Below, piece after piece: positions 19,893 through 30,046 of a DNA stretch of 64,000 nt (position 1 is its first letter; every line of letters starts with the position of its first letter). The notes beneath the pieces are model-generated. The model searched no databases. It worked only from the letters and a program-made list of their open reading frames with translations, and had not been told where the DNA came from. Location: positions 192,001 through 256,000 of the forward strand of contig CAXXGO010000005.1 in NCBI GenBank assembly GCA_963666835.2. The letters run 5' to 3'. The DNA is from Phycisphaerae bacterium (GTDB taxonomy: Bacteria > Planctomycetota > Phycisphaerae > UBA1845). The translations under genes and the position numbers were made by a program.

Positions 19893-22004
19893 TCAGCGAG
19901 GTCTCTTGGCGCCGGCGGGCTTGCCGTCACCGTCGCGCCGGTGCCGGGTGACGACTTCCTCTTGGATAGCCGCCGGTGTACGTCGGTAGCATGAGAACTC
20001 CATTGAGAACGCGGCGCGCCCCTGGCTGAGCGAGCGCAGATCAGTCGAGTATCCGAACATGTTGGCCAGAGGTACATCGGCCGCGATTAGCACGGCATGG
20101 GCCTTCATCTCGGTTCCGGTGATTACGCCGCGTCGCGCGCCGAGGTCGCCGGTGACGCTGCCGTGGAAGTCGTGGGGGACCTCGATTTCGACGCGCATGA
20201 TCGGCTCCAACAGCACGGGTTTGGCGTCGCGCATCGCCTGGCGAAAGGCCGACCGGGCGCAAACCTGGAACGCCAAATCGGACGAGTCCACCGCATGGGC
20301 TGAACCGTCTTCCAGGATCATTCTCGCTCCGACAACCTCGAATCCGGCAAGAGGTCCCCGAGCTCGGGCCATCTGAAAGCCCTTGTCTACGGACGGAATA
20401 TACTCGGTCGGAATCCGGCCGCCGGTCACCTTGCTCTCGAACAGGTAGTCCTCATCCGAATCAGGGCCAAGCGGTACGAGTTTCCCGACAACATGCGCAT
20501 ATTGGCCCGCTCCTCCGGTTTGCTTGCGGTGTCGGTAGTTGAACGCGGACTCGACCGAGGGGGCCTCACGGTATTGGACCTTCGGCTGCCCTACGGTGAC
20601 GCTCGCTCCATACTCTCGCCGAATCCGCTCGACGTACACGTCGAGGTGCAGCTCACCCATCCCGGAGATGATCGTCTCACCGGTTTCCTCGTCGAATCTC
20701 GTGTGGAACGTAGGATCCTCTTTGACGAACCGGTTCAGGGCCTTGGATACCGGATCACGATCGGCCTGCCGCTCCGGTTTGATGGAAATCGAGATTACCG
20801 GCTCCGGGCAGTGCATGCTCTCGAGGGAGAGATTGATGTTCGACGCACAGAGCGTGTCACCGGAAACGCAGTCGAGCCCCATCAGGCCCACAATGTCGCC
20901 GGCGCGGGCGATTTCCAGATTCTCTCGTTTGTTCGCGTGCAACCGGCAGATCCGCCCGACGCGCTGTGAGTGACCCGTGCGACTGACGCGATAGACTCCG
21001 CCTTTGCGAATCTCTCCCTGATATACTCGGGCGTACGTTACCTGGCCGAACGGTTCATCGCATATCTTGAAGGCCATAGCCACGGCCGGTCCGGCAGGAT
21101 CGGCGGTGATCGTTACCTCCGCTCCGTCGTTGTCGTTGTCGGAGGCGAACGCGACGCGATCGATGGGCGAGGGGAGATAGCGGGCAACCGCATGGATGAG
21201 GTCTTGGACCCCCTTGTTGCGGAACGCGGTGCCTACGAATACCGGGGTGATCTCTCGGGATATCGTGCTGCGTCGAACCGCCCGGTGAATCAGATCCTGG
21301 TCGGGCTCGCCACCTTCCAGCAGGATCTCGAGCAACTCGTCATCGTAGAGGCTCAACGCGTCGAGCATACCTTGCCGGGCGCGATCGGCTGCTTCGTGCA
21401 GTTCCTGCGGTATCTCCGTTCGGCGGACCTTCTCGCCGTTGGGCCCTTCGTAGTACACCGCCTCCATGGCGACCAGATCCACGATTCCGACGAAGTCTGG
21501 TCCTTCGCCCATGGGAATCTGCATTTGGACGGCCACGTGTCCGAGCTTGGTTTCCAGCTCGGATACTGTTCGTTGCACGTCCGCACCGACCCGGTCCATC
21601 TTGTTGATGAAGGCAATCCGCGGGACGCGGTACCGTCGCATTTGTCGATCGACGGTAATCGACTGTGATTGCACTCCCCCCACTGCGCAAAGGACCAATA
21701 CCGCCCCGTCCAACACCCGAAGGGAACGCTCGACTTCCACCGTGAAATCAACGTGCCCCGGTGTGTCGATGATGTTGATTTCCGTGCCGGACCAATCGAT
21801 GGTCGTCACCGCGGACGTGATCGTAATACCGCGTTCCTGTTCCAGCTCCATGAAGTCCATCGTGGGCCCGCCATCGTCCCCCCGCACCTCTTGGATGCGG
21901 TGGATGCGGCCGGCGTAATACAGGATCCGCTCCGTCAGCGTCGTTTTGCCGGAGTCGATATGGGCGGAAATCCCGATGTTTCGGATGTTATTGAGACGTT
22001 CCAT
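19893..22004 (-). CDS. fusA: Elongation factor G (stand-alone copy)
   Basis: AHIDSGKTT, RGITI, DTPGHVDF, NKMD, GMGELHL and KQTGGAGQY motifs; 703 aa. Confidence 0.97.
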   Translation of the reverse strand: MERLNNIRNIGISAHIDSGKTTLTERILYYAGRIHRIQEVRGDDGGPTMDFMELEQERGITITSAVTTIDWSGTEINIIDTPGHVDFTVEVERSLRVLDGAVLVLCAVGGVQSQSITVDRQMRRYRVPRIAFINKMDRVGADVQRTVSELETKLGHVAVQMQIPMGEGPDFVGIVDLVAMEAVYYEGPNGEKVRRTEIPQELHEAADRARQGMLDALSLYDDELLEILLEGGEPDQDLIHRAVRRSTISREITPVFVGTAFRNKGVQDLIHAVARYLPSPIDRVAFASDNDNDGAEVTITADPAGPAVAMAFKICDEPFGQVTYARVYQGEIRKGGVYRVSRTGHSQRVGRICRLHANKRENLEIARAGDIVGLMGLDCVSGDTLCASNINLSLESMHCPEPVISISIKPERQADRDPVSKALNRFVKEDPTFHTRFDEETGETIISGMGELHLDVYVERIRREYGASVTVGQPKVQYREAPSVESAFNYRHRKQTGGAGQYAHVVGKLVPLGPDSDEDYLFESKVTGGRIPTEYIPSVDKGFQMARARGPLAGFEVVGARMILEDGSAHAVDSSDLAFQVCARSAFRQAMRDAKPVLLEPIMRVEIEVPHDFHGSVTGDLGARRGVITGTEMKAHAVLIAADVPLANMFGYSTDLRSLSQGRAAFSMEFSCYRRTPAAIQEEVVTRHRRDGDGKPAGAKRPR

Positions 22005-22208
22005 TGTACTGATGCCACAACCGCGATCCGGACTGATCCCGTCGACGCCCGACCGGATCGCCGCAGAACACGGGTAGATTCATCCCGGCAACCCGGCCAC
22101 CACCCGTCCGGCTGCTTGGGTGTCTTCCTGTAAACTTCTTTGAATAAAAACGTTACGCGCCCGAGCGCCGTACCTCTAGGATAGGTTCTGCTCTAGCAGC
22201 GGATACTG

Positions 22209-22237
22209 AGCGTAGCGATTCCGCGAGCAAGAATCAA
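22209..22237 (-). promoter_or_regulatory. Putative sigma70 promoter for fusA
   Basis: TTGATT-17 nt-TACGCT on the minus strand. Confidence 0.3.
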
Positions 22238-22295
22238 CCTGCTCTCGCGAATAATCGTGAGTTGCCTGGTGCCGACGTTTCGGTCTCAGGGCCTG

Positions 22296-22652
22296 TTATC
22301 TGGAGCCCCGCTCGATTAGGACGCCTTCCCGCGTGCTGCTGTCTGTCTCGTCAGGCTGGGTGTCGTCCCAAGTGGCCGTCATCGCGTCGATCCACTGTTT
22401 GCGAGAAACGTATCCGCTATCGTTGAAGTCTATAAGGACGGTGAGGTGCTTTTTCGGTCGCTCATAGAACCACCGATCGGCGAACATATCGGTCGGTTGC
22501 CCGATCAGTCCTTCCACGATTGGCTGCGTGGAAACGTCAACGCGAATCTGCGAGAAGTTCTCGTGCGTCAGTTTGTCCTGGCATCCGGTCAACACGGCTG
22601 TGAGGACCAAAGCCAGGCTCGCCTGGATCCAATATGTGCGGGTACGTAGCAT
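22296..22652 (-). CDS. Small lipoprotein (SmpA/BamE-like fold possible)
   Basis: Lipobox LTGC followed by LTHENFSQI..VEGLIGQP..WFY. Confidence 0.7.
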   Translation of the reverse strand: MLRTRTYWIQASLALVLTAVLTGCQDKLTHENFSQIRVDVSTQPIVEGLIGQPTDMFADRWFYERPKKHLTVLIDFNDSGYVSRKQWIDAMTATWDDTQPDETDSSTREGVLIERGSR

Positions 22653-22866
22653 AGGTTTCTCTCTATAAAACAGGGTGGAACACGTTCCACCGGACCTTCG
22701 GAATCGGGCAGCGCAACAGAACGAATGGTCTCGAAACACGATCCGTTCATCGTCCGCCGGTCAGGGCGGATTGAAAGAAGCCGCGCGACGCATTCGTTAT
22801 CGAACATTTCCTCATTGAGTTAGGACACCGACCGGGCGCCCTGGTTGGCGGTGGTCACGATTTCGT

Positions 22867-23406
22867 TCACGCGGCCCCCCGCGCCCCGGTTGGCAGGCGA
22901 TAGTCGAGGACGCACTCCGTCTGCAGATGCTCACCCAAAGGCGAGTTGTACGTTACCGCAAGGATGAACTTCCTACCCGTGGGAACGACCGACAGGTCGG
23001 CTCCGAGCTGGAATTCGTACATCTGAGTGATCTCGTTCCAGTGGGCTCGCTGGTGTTCTTCGGTCGAAAGTTCTATCTCCCAGACCTCCAGCCGCCGGCC
23101 CTTTGAGTTTCCGCTGGCCGGCACGTAGTCGAAGAGCTCGACTCGCAAGTCGCCGACAATCATCAGCCCGGTATTGCCCAGGGAATTGACAGCTTGCAGC
23201 AAAAGCTCGATACCATCCGGCGGCTTGGTGTTGTCGAAGCTCTTGATTCGAGTGAATGACTCGACGATCTCGATACCCGTGGGCATGAGCAAGGAGCACA
23301 TTCGCTGTTGCCCGGCGGTATCCCGGACCGCGGGGGTCGGCGCGCACGCGACAGCCCCCAGAGCGACTACAGAGATCAAACAGGTGTGACGAAGATGCGT
23401 TCTCAA
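22867..23406 (-). CDS. Hypothetical lipoprotein
   Basis: Lipobox-like AVAC after a hydrophobic stretch; globular composition. TTG start is a guess. Confidence 0.7.
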   Translation of the reverse strand: MRTHLRHTCLISVVALGAVACAPTPAVRDTAGQQRMCSLLMPTGIEIVESFTRIKSFDNTKPPDGIELLLQAVNSLGNTGLMIVGDLRVELFDYVPASGNSKGRRLEVWEIELSTEEHQRAHWNEITQMYEFQLGADLSVVPTGRKFILAVTYNSPLGEHLQTECVLDYRLPTGARGAA

Positions 23407-23457
23407 CGGTGTCAGCCCTTCAAAGTGGTTGATAGTGAACCGGCGCCGCAAACCGGA

Positions 23458-24585
23458 GTGTATCTGCGCTCTCCGGGGGGAGTCAACCGGGGTCGACGGG
23501 GCAAAGGTTGGGCGGCTTGGGCCATTCCGGTTGTGATGATCGCTTTGGGCGGGGCGGGTTGCGCGACCGTATCGCCCGTTCCGAGCACTCCGACGTACGC
23601 CATCGCGGTGCGACACGACATAGAGCCGGCGATCGTGAGCGAAGGGCGGGCCGGGGCTTTTGAGAGGTTTCGCCGAGATTTTGCAGAGTCAGCCAAGCTC
23701 GGGTTCAACACGATCGTGGCGCGGTACCTGGATGAGTCGGACTGGTCGGAGACCGCGGAGGTTGCCCGCAGCAATGGTATGAGTCTGGCCGGCTCGAACA
23801 GTAAGTTGGAGCACTTCGTGTTAACAGGAGTCCTGCCCAACGGAGGAGAAAGAGCGGAAGCGCTCGCCCGCGGGCAGAGAGACGGCTCCCCCGGTGCGCC
23901 GACACGATTCAACCTCGTGTTGGATTCCGGCCGTAGCGGCCAACAATCGGAACGTGCCACCGCAACCTGTGTGCAACACATTGCGCGGGGGGATTCGTGT
24001 TGTACGGTGGGGGGCAGCTCGGTTCCGCCTGACGTGCCGGTGCTGGCCGTGGTAGAGCTGGGGGCGGTATCCGATGGTCCGGGCTTCTCGATGTTGGAGC
24101 ACTGGCTTGCGCAATACCATTGCGGGCTGCTGGAAGGGCGGACGGGCGGGCTCCTGGTTGACAGATACCGGAGGGTAGTGGGAGATCCTCCGGGACTGGT
24201 TCCGGCAGATCGACCTGCCGGTCCGAGCCGCTTGGCCGCAGTCCGTGCCTTGGTGGCGCGGGCTCGAGAGTGGGGGAGCAGGATTCGCGGTTTGGCGGCC
24301 AGGCCGGTGGCGGTTACGTTATCCCGCGGGCTTAACGTGAAGGTGGCGGCTCTGGTTCGGGGGGGGCGACGCTGCGTACTGGTGTACAACCCCTCACCGG
24401 GGCAGTATGCCCGCGGGGAGGTGCTGCTCCCGGAGACGATCAATGGGGCGGGACTGACCCGGGCTGTTGAAGTCCCCGCCGGTGAGGCGAAGCCGGCGGG
24501 CAACGTATACAATCCGCGGCGCGGACGGATTGCCCTGCCGGTGACGTTGCGTCCCGGCGACGCGGCGTTGTTTGAGCTGTTCTAG
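23458..24585 (+). CDS. Hypothetical lipoprotein, weak resemblance to glycoside hydrolase barrel plus beta-sandwich
   Basis: Lipobox GAGC; FRRDFAESAKLGFNTIV segment; C-terminal VLVYN..LRPGDAALF. Start uncertain (23395 or 23458). Confidence 0.65.
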   Translation: MYLRSPGGVNRGRRGKGWAAWAIPVVMIALGGAGCATVSPVPSTPTYAIAVRHDIEPAIVSEGRAGAFERFRRDFAESAKLGFNTIVARYLDESDWSETAEVARSNGMSLAGSNSKLEHFVLTGVLPNGGERAEALARGQRDGSPGAPTRFNLVLDSGRSGQQSERATATCVQHIARGDSCCTVGGSSVPPDVPVLAVVELGAVSDGPGFSMLEHWLAQYHCGLLEGRTGGLLVDRYRRVVGDPPGLVPADRPAGPSRLAAVRALVARAREWGSRIRGLAARPVAVTLSRGLNVKVAALVRGGRRCVLVYNPSPGQYARGEVLLPETINGAGLTRAVEVPAGEAKPAGNVYNPRRGRIALPVTLRPGDAALFELF

Positions 24586-24646
24586 ACGTGGGTGCGGTTG
24601 CCCGTGGTGGATCGATTCGCCTGGGGCTATGCAAGGAGCGTGGATT

Positions 24647-25582
24647 ATGGCGAATGTAATGGTGACCGGCGGGGCCGGGTTCATCGGATCTCATCTGGCG
24701 ACGAAGTTCGTGGAGCTGGGGCACCGGGTACGCGTGTTCGATAACTTCTCCACCGGGCATCGAGAGAACCTCAGTCATCTGGGGGATTCCGTGGAGATCA
24801 TGGAGGCTGATCTGCGTAATCCGGCCGAATGCGCTGCGGCTTGCGCCGATATGGAATTCGTGTTCCACGAGGCGGCGATTCCCTCCGTCCCGAAATCGGT
24901 GGAGGATCCCCAGGCCAGCCATGATGCCAACGTCACCGGCACGTTCAACATGCTTCGCGCCGCCCAGCAGAGCGGAGTGCGCCGGTTCATCTATGCTGCG
25001 AGCAGCTCAGCTTACGGTGACACGGAAGAGTCACCCAAGCACGAAGACATCACCCCGGCGCCGCTGAGTCCCTATGCCGTCCAGAAGCTGGCCGGAGAGC
25101 ATTACGCCCGGGCGTTTTTCGAGTGCTATGGCTTGGAGACCGTTTCGCTAAGGTATTTCAACGTTTTCGGCGCGCGGCAAGATCCGAATAGTCAGTACGC
25201 GGCCGTTATCCCGGCCTTCATTACGGCGATTCTGCGTGGGACGCCGCTTACCGTATACGGTGATGGTGAGCAGACTCGCGATTTTTCGTTCATCGAGAAC
25301 GTCGTACACGGCAACGTTCTGGCCATGCAGGCCGAGCGGACCGCGGGCGAATCCGTTAACGTGGCCTGCGGAGACCGGATTAGTGTCAATACGGTTGTCC
25401 GGGAAATCAACCGGTTGTTGGGTACGTCTGTGGAGCCCTGCTATGTTGACCCCCGCCCGGGCGATGTAAAACACTCCTGCGCCGATATTCGGCGGGCCGG
25501 GGAGCTTCTGGGGTACAAGCCGTTAGTGTCGTTCGATGACGGGTTGCGGCAAGTTGTCGACCACTACCGATCGATCACCTAA
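24647..25582 (+). CDS. Extended SDR NAD-dependent UDP-sugar 4-epimerase (WbpP/GalE-like)
   Basis: TGGAGFIG, ASSS, SPYAVQK, LRYFNVFG and GDGEQTRDF motifs. Confidence 0.93.
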   Translation: MANVMVTGGAGFIGSHLATKFVELGHRVRVFDNFSTGHRENLSHLGDSVEIMEADLRNPAECAAACADMEFVFHEAAIPSVPKSVEDPQASHDANVTGTFNMLRAAQQSGVRRFIYAASSSAYGDTEESPKHEDITPAPLSPYAVQKLAGEHYARAFFECYGLETVSLRYFNVFGARQDPNSQYAAVIPAFITAILRGTPLTVYGDGEQTRDFSFIENVVHGNVLAMQAERTAGESVNVACGDRISVNTVVREINRLLGTSVEPCYVDPRPGDVKHSCADIRRAGELLGYKPLVSFDDGLRQVVDHYRSIT

Positions 25583-25650
25583 CCGAAGACGCGGGTACCG
25601 TAGTATGACGTAGGCCTGCCGGTTCCGACCATCCGCCGGATCATGATCCC

Positions 25651-26883
25651 ATGTTCTCACTTCTGCTGACCGAAGCTGTACTGTTCCCTGAGCTGCCCGT
25701 GGTGACGCACCCGGCCGGCATTCTGGCCGTTCTTATGACGGTCCTGGCGGTCATCTTCTGGCTGGCGCAACACCCGGTCACGGGGCGTTTCTTCAAGATC
25801 GTTCCATCGCTGGTGTTTTGCTATTTCGTGCCCACGTTGTTGACGACGACCGGGGTCATTCCCGAGAAGTCGGAGCTGTACACGTGGATCAAGGACTTTT
25901 TGCTGCCGGCGAGTTTGCTTCTGCTGATTCTCGCTCTGGACGTACCGGGGATTCTGCGGCTGGGGCCTAAGGCGGTAGTTATGCTGCTGGCGGGTACGGT
26001 GGGGGTGGTGATCGGCGGCCCGATCTCGCTGCTGATCTGCAAGGGAGTTCTGCCGGACGACGCATGGCAGGGGATGGCGGCGTTGGCGGGTAGTTGGATC
26101 GGCGGCGGGGCCAACTTCGTCGCTCTCGGGCAGATTGCCGGGACCAGTGACGAGATGATGGGTCTGATGGTGATCCCGGATGTGTTTGTGGCCAACATCT
26201 GGATGGGGTTGCTGCTTTACCTTTCAGCGCACCAGACGGTGATTGACCGGGCTACGGGGGCGAACGCCGAGGCCATCCGAGATCTCGAACGGCGGATGGC
26301 GGATTTCCAACAGCGCACCAACCGGGTCAGTACGCTTCCCGATCTGATTATGATCCTGGCGCTGGGGTTAACGGGAAGTTGGCTGAGCTTCAAGGCGGGT
26401 CTTATTCTGCCGGAACTCGGAACGGAGAGCAGCGGAACGATCATCTCACATACGACGTGGAAGTACATCTTGATAACCACCGCAGGTATAGTCCTGTCGT
26501 TCACCAGGGCTCGCAACCTGGAAGGGGCGGGGGCGTCCAAGATCGGCTCCGTGATGATCTACCTGCTGGTCGCGTGTATCGGAGCCGGAGCGAACTTCCA
26601 TAAGATCGTGGATGCGCCGTGGTTTCTCGTTATGGGGTTCATTTGGATTGCGATACACATTCTTGTATTGCTCGGGGTGGGCTGGCTCATTCGGGCGCCG
26701 CTGTTCTTCGTGGCCGTGGGTTCCCAAGCCAACATCGGCGGAGCGGCCAGCGCTCCAATTGTCGCCGCCGCGTTCCACCCCGCCCTGGCGCCGGTAGGAG
26801 TCCTCCTGGCCGTGGCGGGCTATGTACTGGGCACCTACGCCGGACTGGTCTGCATGCGGTTACTGATGGCGGTCGCAGGGTAG
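25651..26883 (+). CDS. DUF819 family membrane protein
   Basis: Polytopic; AGSWIGGGANF and GSQANIGGAASA motifs. Confidence 0.85.
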   Translation: MFSLLLTEAVLFPELPVVTHPAGILAVLMTVLAVIFWLAQHPVTGRFFKIVPSLVFCYFVPTLLTTTGVIPEKSELYTWIKDFLLPASLLLLILALDVPGILRLGPKAVVMLLAGTVGVVIGGPISLLICKGVLPDDAWQGMAALAGSWIGGGANFVALGQIAGTSDEMMGLMVIPDVFVANIWMGLLLYLSAHQTVIDRATGANAEAIRDLERRMADFQQRTNRVSTLPDLIMILALGLTGSWLSFKAGLILPELGTESSGTIISHTTWKYILITTAGIVLSFTRARNLEGAGASKIGSVMIYLLVACIGAGANFHKIVDAPWFLVMGFIWIAIHILVLLGVGWLIRAPLFFVAVGSQANIGGAASAPIVAAAFHPALAPVGVLLAVAGYVLGTYAGLVCMRLLMAVAG

Positions 26884-26918
26884 GCGGGCGGCAAAGTAAC
26901 GACGGGGTGCGTGCGTTA

Positions 26919-26970
26919 CGATAGGGGTAGGGAAGACCGGTTGATTACCCGGTCTCCCCTACCCCTATCG
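26919..26970. terminator. Long GC-rich hairpin between convergent genes (possible terminator)
   Basis: CGATAGGGGTAGGG(A)AGACCGG ... CCGGTCTCCCCTACCCCTATCG; no clear U-tract. Confidence 0.5.
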
Positions 26971-27121
26971 CACTGGGATGCCTGCGTTAGATGCAGGATG
27001 TCGGCTCCTTGACCCGGCCAACGGAGTCGGACGAATGCGCTCGGTTTGCACGGCGAAGATGCGCAGAACGATGAGGGCTTAAGCCGACCGGCAGCCGCTT
27101 CGTGCGTTGCGGACTGCGGTG

Positions 27122-28561
27122 CTATTTCTTGCGGCCGCGTCGCTTCTTGCGGCGGTCTTTTTTGCTGACGGTACGGCGGGTGGCGGTGGTTTTGCCTTTC
27201 AGTTTGGGCATGCCGCCGCCTTCCGTCATCATCTTTGTTAGCCGGCTGCCCATGCGCATTCGTTGCATGAGGGATTGGCCCGACATGGCCTTCATCATGT
27301 TGCGCATGGGCTCGAACTGCTTGACGAGCTGGCTGACGTCGGACGGATCGCACCCGGCGCCGCGGGCGATGCGCCGGCGGCGGGACGTATCAATAATCTT
27401 CGGATTGGCCCGCTCTTTGGGCGTCATGGAGAGGATGGCCGCCTCCATCCGGTCGAACTCGCTCTCGTCCACTTCCATGTCGCCGGCCATCTCACCCATG
27501 CCCGGCATCTTCTTGAGCAGGTCCTTCATGGAGCCCATCTTGCGGACTTTGCGGATCTGCTCGAGGAAGTCGTCGAGGGTGAACCGGCCTTTGGCCATCT
27601 TGGCCTCGAGCTTGGCGGCCTCGTTCTGGTCGAACTGCTTCTGAGCCTGTTCGACGAGGGTGAGGACGTCGCCCATCCCGAGGATTCGCCCGGCGATGCG
27701 ATCGGGGTGGAATTCCTCGATAGCGTCCATCTTCTCGCCGACGCCGATGAACTTAATGGGCTTCTGCGTAACGTGTTTGACCGATAGCGCCGCACCACCG
27801 CGAGTGTCGCTGTCGAACTTGGTGAGAATGCACCCGTCCAGCTCGAGCCGCTCGTTGAACGACTTGGCGGTGTTTACGGCGTCCTGCCCGGTCATCGCGT
27901 CGAGTACGAGGTAGATCTGATGGGGGCTGGTCGTACTGGCGATCTTGGCGATCTCTTGCATCAACTCGTCGTCAATCGCCAGGCGACCGGCGGTGTCAAG
28001 GATGACAACGTCCCGATCGCTCTTACGGGCCGACTTGATGCCGTTGCGACAGACGCGGACGGCGTTCTGATGGTCGCGCTCGGTGTAGACCGGACAGCCG
28101 ATCTCCTTGCCGAGCACTTCGAGCTGATCGATGGCCGCCGGACGTTTCAGGTCGGCCGCGACCATCAACGGCCGCTTGGCCCGGCCCATCAGCATCTTGG
28201 CCATCTTGGCGCAGGTAGTCGTCTTACCGGAACCCTGCAGACCGGCCATGAGCAGGACGGTCGGACCGGGAGAAACGAAGGGGATCTTCGGATCGACCGG
28301 GCCCATGAGCCGCACGAGCTCGTCATGGACGATCTTGACCATGACGTCGGCGGGCTTGAGGGTGTTAATGACCTCGGCCCCGACGGCTTTCTTGTGGATT
28401 TCGTCGCAGAACTGGCGGGCGACCGGGAGGCTGACGTCTGCTTCCAAGAGGGCGGTGCGGATTTCCCGCATGACCTCGGCAACGTTTTCCTCGGTGATCT
28501 TGCCCCGGCCTCGCAGGCCCTGGAAGATTCCGCCCAATCTACTGGTAAGCGTGTCGAACAT
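27122..28561 (-). CDS. ffh: Signal recognition particle protein
   Basis: ALLEADV, GLQGSGKTTT, DTAGR and TKFD motifs; M-domain SRRRRIARG. Confidence 0.98.
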   Translation of the reverse strand: MFDTLTSRLGGIFQGLRGRGKITEENVAEVMREIRTALLEADVSLPVARQFCDEIHKKAVGAEVINTLKPADVMVKIVHDELVRLMGPVDPKIPFVSPGPTVLLMAGLQGSGKTTTCAKMAKMLMGRAKRPLMVAADLKRPAAIDQLEVLGKEIGCPVYTERDHQNAVRVCRNGIKSARKSDRDVVILDTAGRLAIDDELMQEIAKIASTTSPHQIYLVLDAMTGQDAVNTAKSFNERLELDGCILTKFDSDTRGGAALSVKHVTQKPIKFIGVGEKMDAIEEFHPDRIAGRILGMGDVLTLVEQAQKQFDQNEAAKLEAKMAKGRFTLDDFLEQIRKVRKMGSMKDLLKKMPGMGEMAGDMEVDESEFDRMEAAILSMTPKERANPKIIDTSRRRRIARGAGCDPSDVSQLVKQFEPMRNMMKAMSGQSLMQRMRMGSRLTKMMTEGGGMPKLKGKTTATRRTVSKKDRRKKRRGRKK

Positions 28562-28789
28562 AGGAGTATCGTTTTATTGGCGCAGAGCCCGTCGGTCAAG
28601 CGGCGGCGCTTTGGCGGCGAGGGCTACGGGGAGCCGGAACAGGCGGTAGTTTCGTGTCGGTTGGACGCGAAACGTGGTATTCTAGGTGAAAGAGTTTCAA
28701 CCGGAGGCTTATGGAGCCCCGCGGGGCGGCCAAGTGACGGGTGGGGACTCGGATCTTGCGTGGACCCCGGAAAAGTAAGGGAGGCTCGC

Positions 28790-29935
28790 ATGCGTGCTGT
28801 GTTGTTGGGGGCGTGGTTGGTGCTACTCGCGGTGCCGGGGTCTGCAGCCGCTCAGCTTAAGACCTACGAGAGTCCCTATTACGTGATTCACTCCGATTTG
28901 GATGAGGACTCGATCCGCGAGGCGCGTTTGCGCCTCACCGGAATGGCCGAGGAGTACGCCGCGCGGTGCAAGTCGTTTTCCCGCAAGATCACGACTCGAC
29001 TGCCTTTTTACCTGTTCAGCGATCCGGCGGAGTACTATGCCGCCGGGGCTCCGCGGGGTTCCGCGGGCGTGTATACCGGTGACAGGCTCATGGCAATTGT
29101 GAATGGCGATTCGACCAGGATGTGGAGAACGGTTCAGCATGAAGGCTTCCACCAGTACGTACACGCGGTCATTGGCGGAGACATCCCCGTGTGGGTGGAC
29201 GAGGGGCTGGCCGAGTACTTCGAAGAGGCGGTCTTCACCGGTGATGCGATGATCTCCGGTTTGATCCCGCAGCATCGTCTGGCTCGGGTGCGCCGGATGA
29301 TTCAGAGCGGGCAGTGCAAAAGCGTACCGGAGATGATGCTGTTGCATCGCGATGTCTGGAATCGGGAGATTAGCTACGTCAACTACGACCAAGCCTGGTC
29401 GATGATTCACTTTCTGGCCCATGCCGGCGGCGGCAAGTATCAGAAACGACTCGACGATTTCATTCGCGACGTCGGCCATAAAGGGCTGACGTGGGAGCAG
29501 GCGTGGTTGCGGAGTTTCGGCGCGGACACTGCGGCGTTCGAGCGAGCTTGGCGCGAGTATTGGCTTGGTCTGCCGGAGCACCCTACGGCTCGGCGATATG
29601 CGCGGGCCGAAGTCGCTGTTCTGAACAGTTTTCTGGCGCGAGCGCACAGTCAGGGGCAGTCGTTCAAGGACTTTGATGACTTCATCTCCGCCGCGGAGGC
29701 GGATAATCTCAAGGCTCATCGCGAAGACTGGCTGCCGTTTTCGCTTCTGCACCCTCTCTTGGGCAAGATCCGGACGCTGGGGCAGTGGTCTCTTGATGCC
29801 GAGGGCCGTAAGCCGCCGCGGTTGATCCGCGTATTGCCGGATGGAACGCGGCTGACCGGATCATCCGTCGTCAAAAAGGGACGGGTGTTGAAAGCTGAGG
29901 TCAGAGTTCACCCCGGCAACGTCCGCCGACGGTAG
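28790..29935 (+). CDS. DUF1570-like secreted zincin-motif protein
   Basis: Signal peptide; HEGFHQY..PVWVDEGLAEYF; YDQAWSMIHFL. Confidence 0.85.
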   Translation: MRAVLLGAWLVLLAVPGSAAAQLKTYESPYYVIHSDLDEDSIREARLRLTGMAEEYAARCKSFSRKITTRLPFYLFSDPAEYYAAGAPRGSAGVYTGDRLMAIVNGDSTRMWRTVQHEGFHQYVHAVIGGDIPVWVDEGLAEYFEEAVFTGDAMISGLIPQHRLARVRRMIQSGQCKSVPEMMLLHRDVWNREISYVNYDQAWSMIHFLAHAGGGKYQKRLDDFIRDVGHKGLTWEQAWLRSFGADTAAFERAWREYWLGLPEHPTARRYARAEVAVLNSFLARAHSQGQSFKDFDDFISAAEADNLKAHREDWLPFSLLHPLLGKIRTLGQWSLDAEGRKPPRLIRVLPDGTRLTGSSVVKKGRVLKAEVRVHPGNVRRR

Positions 29936-30046
29936 CACGCATGCGTGCGACGGACGTAAGCGGCTCTGATGGCCGCACGTAACGCAGGCTTCCAGCCTAC
30001 CTCCTTGCGAGAGAAGAGGTTTCGAACGCCCTTTCCAGAAACGGCA

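Noticed and set aside
26884..27121. SRP RNA near ffh, or a group II intron 3' end (CCTACCCCTAT)
   Set aside because: No SRP domain IV motif and no intron domain V were recognised; it is a simple hairpin.
27920..28789. 671-aa ORF as a fusion protein
   Set aside because: The first part is antisense to ffh; the real gene starts at 28790 with an RBS and signal peptide.
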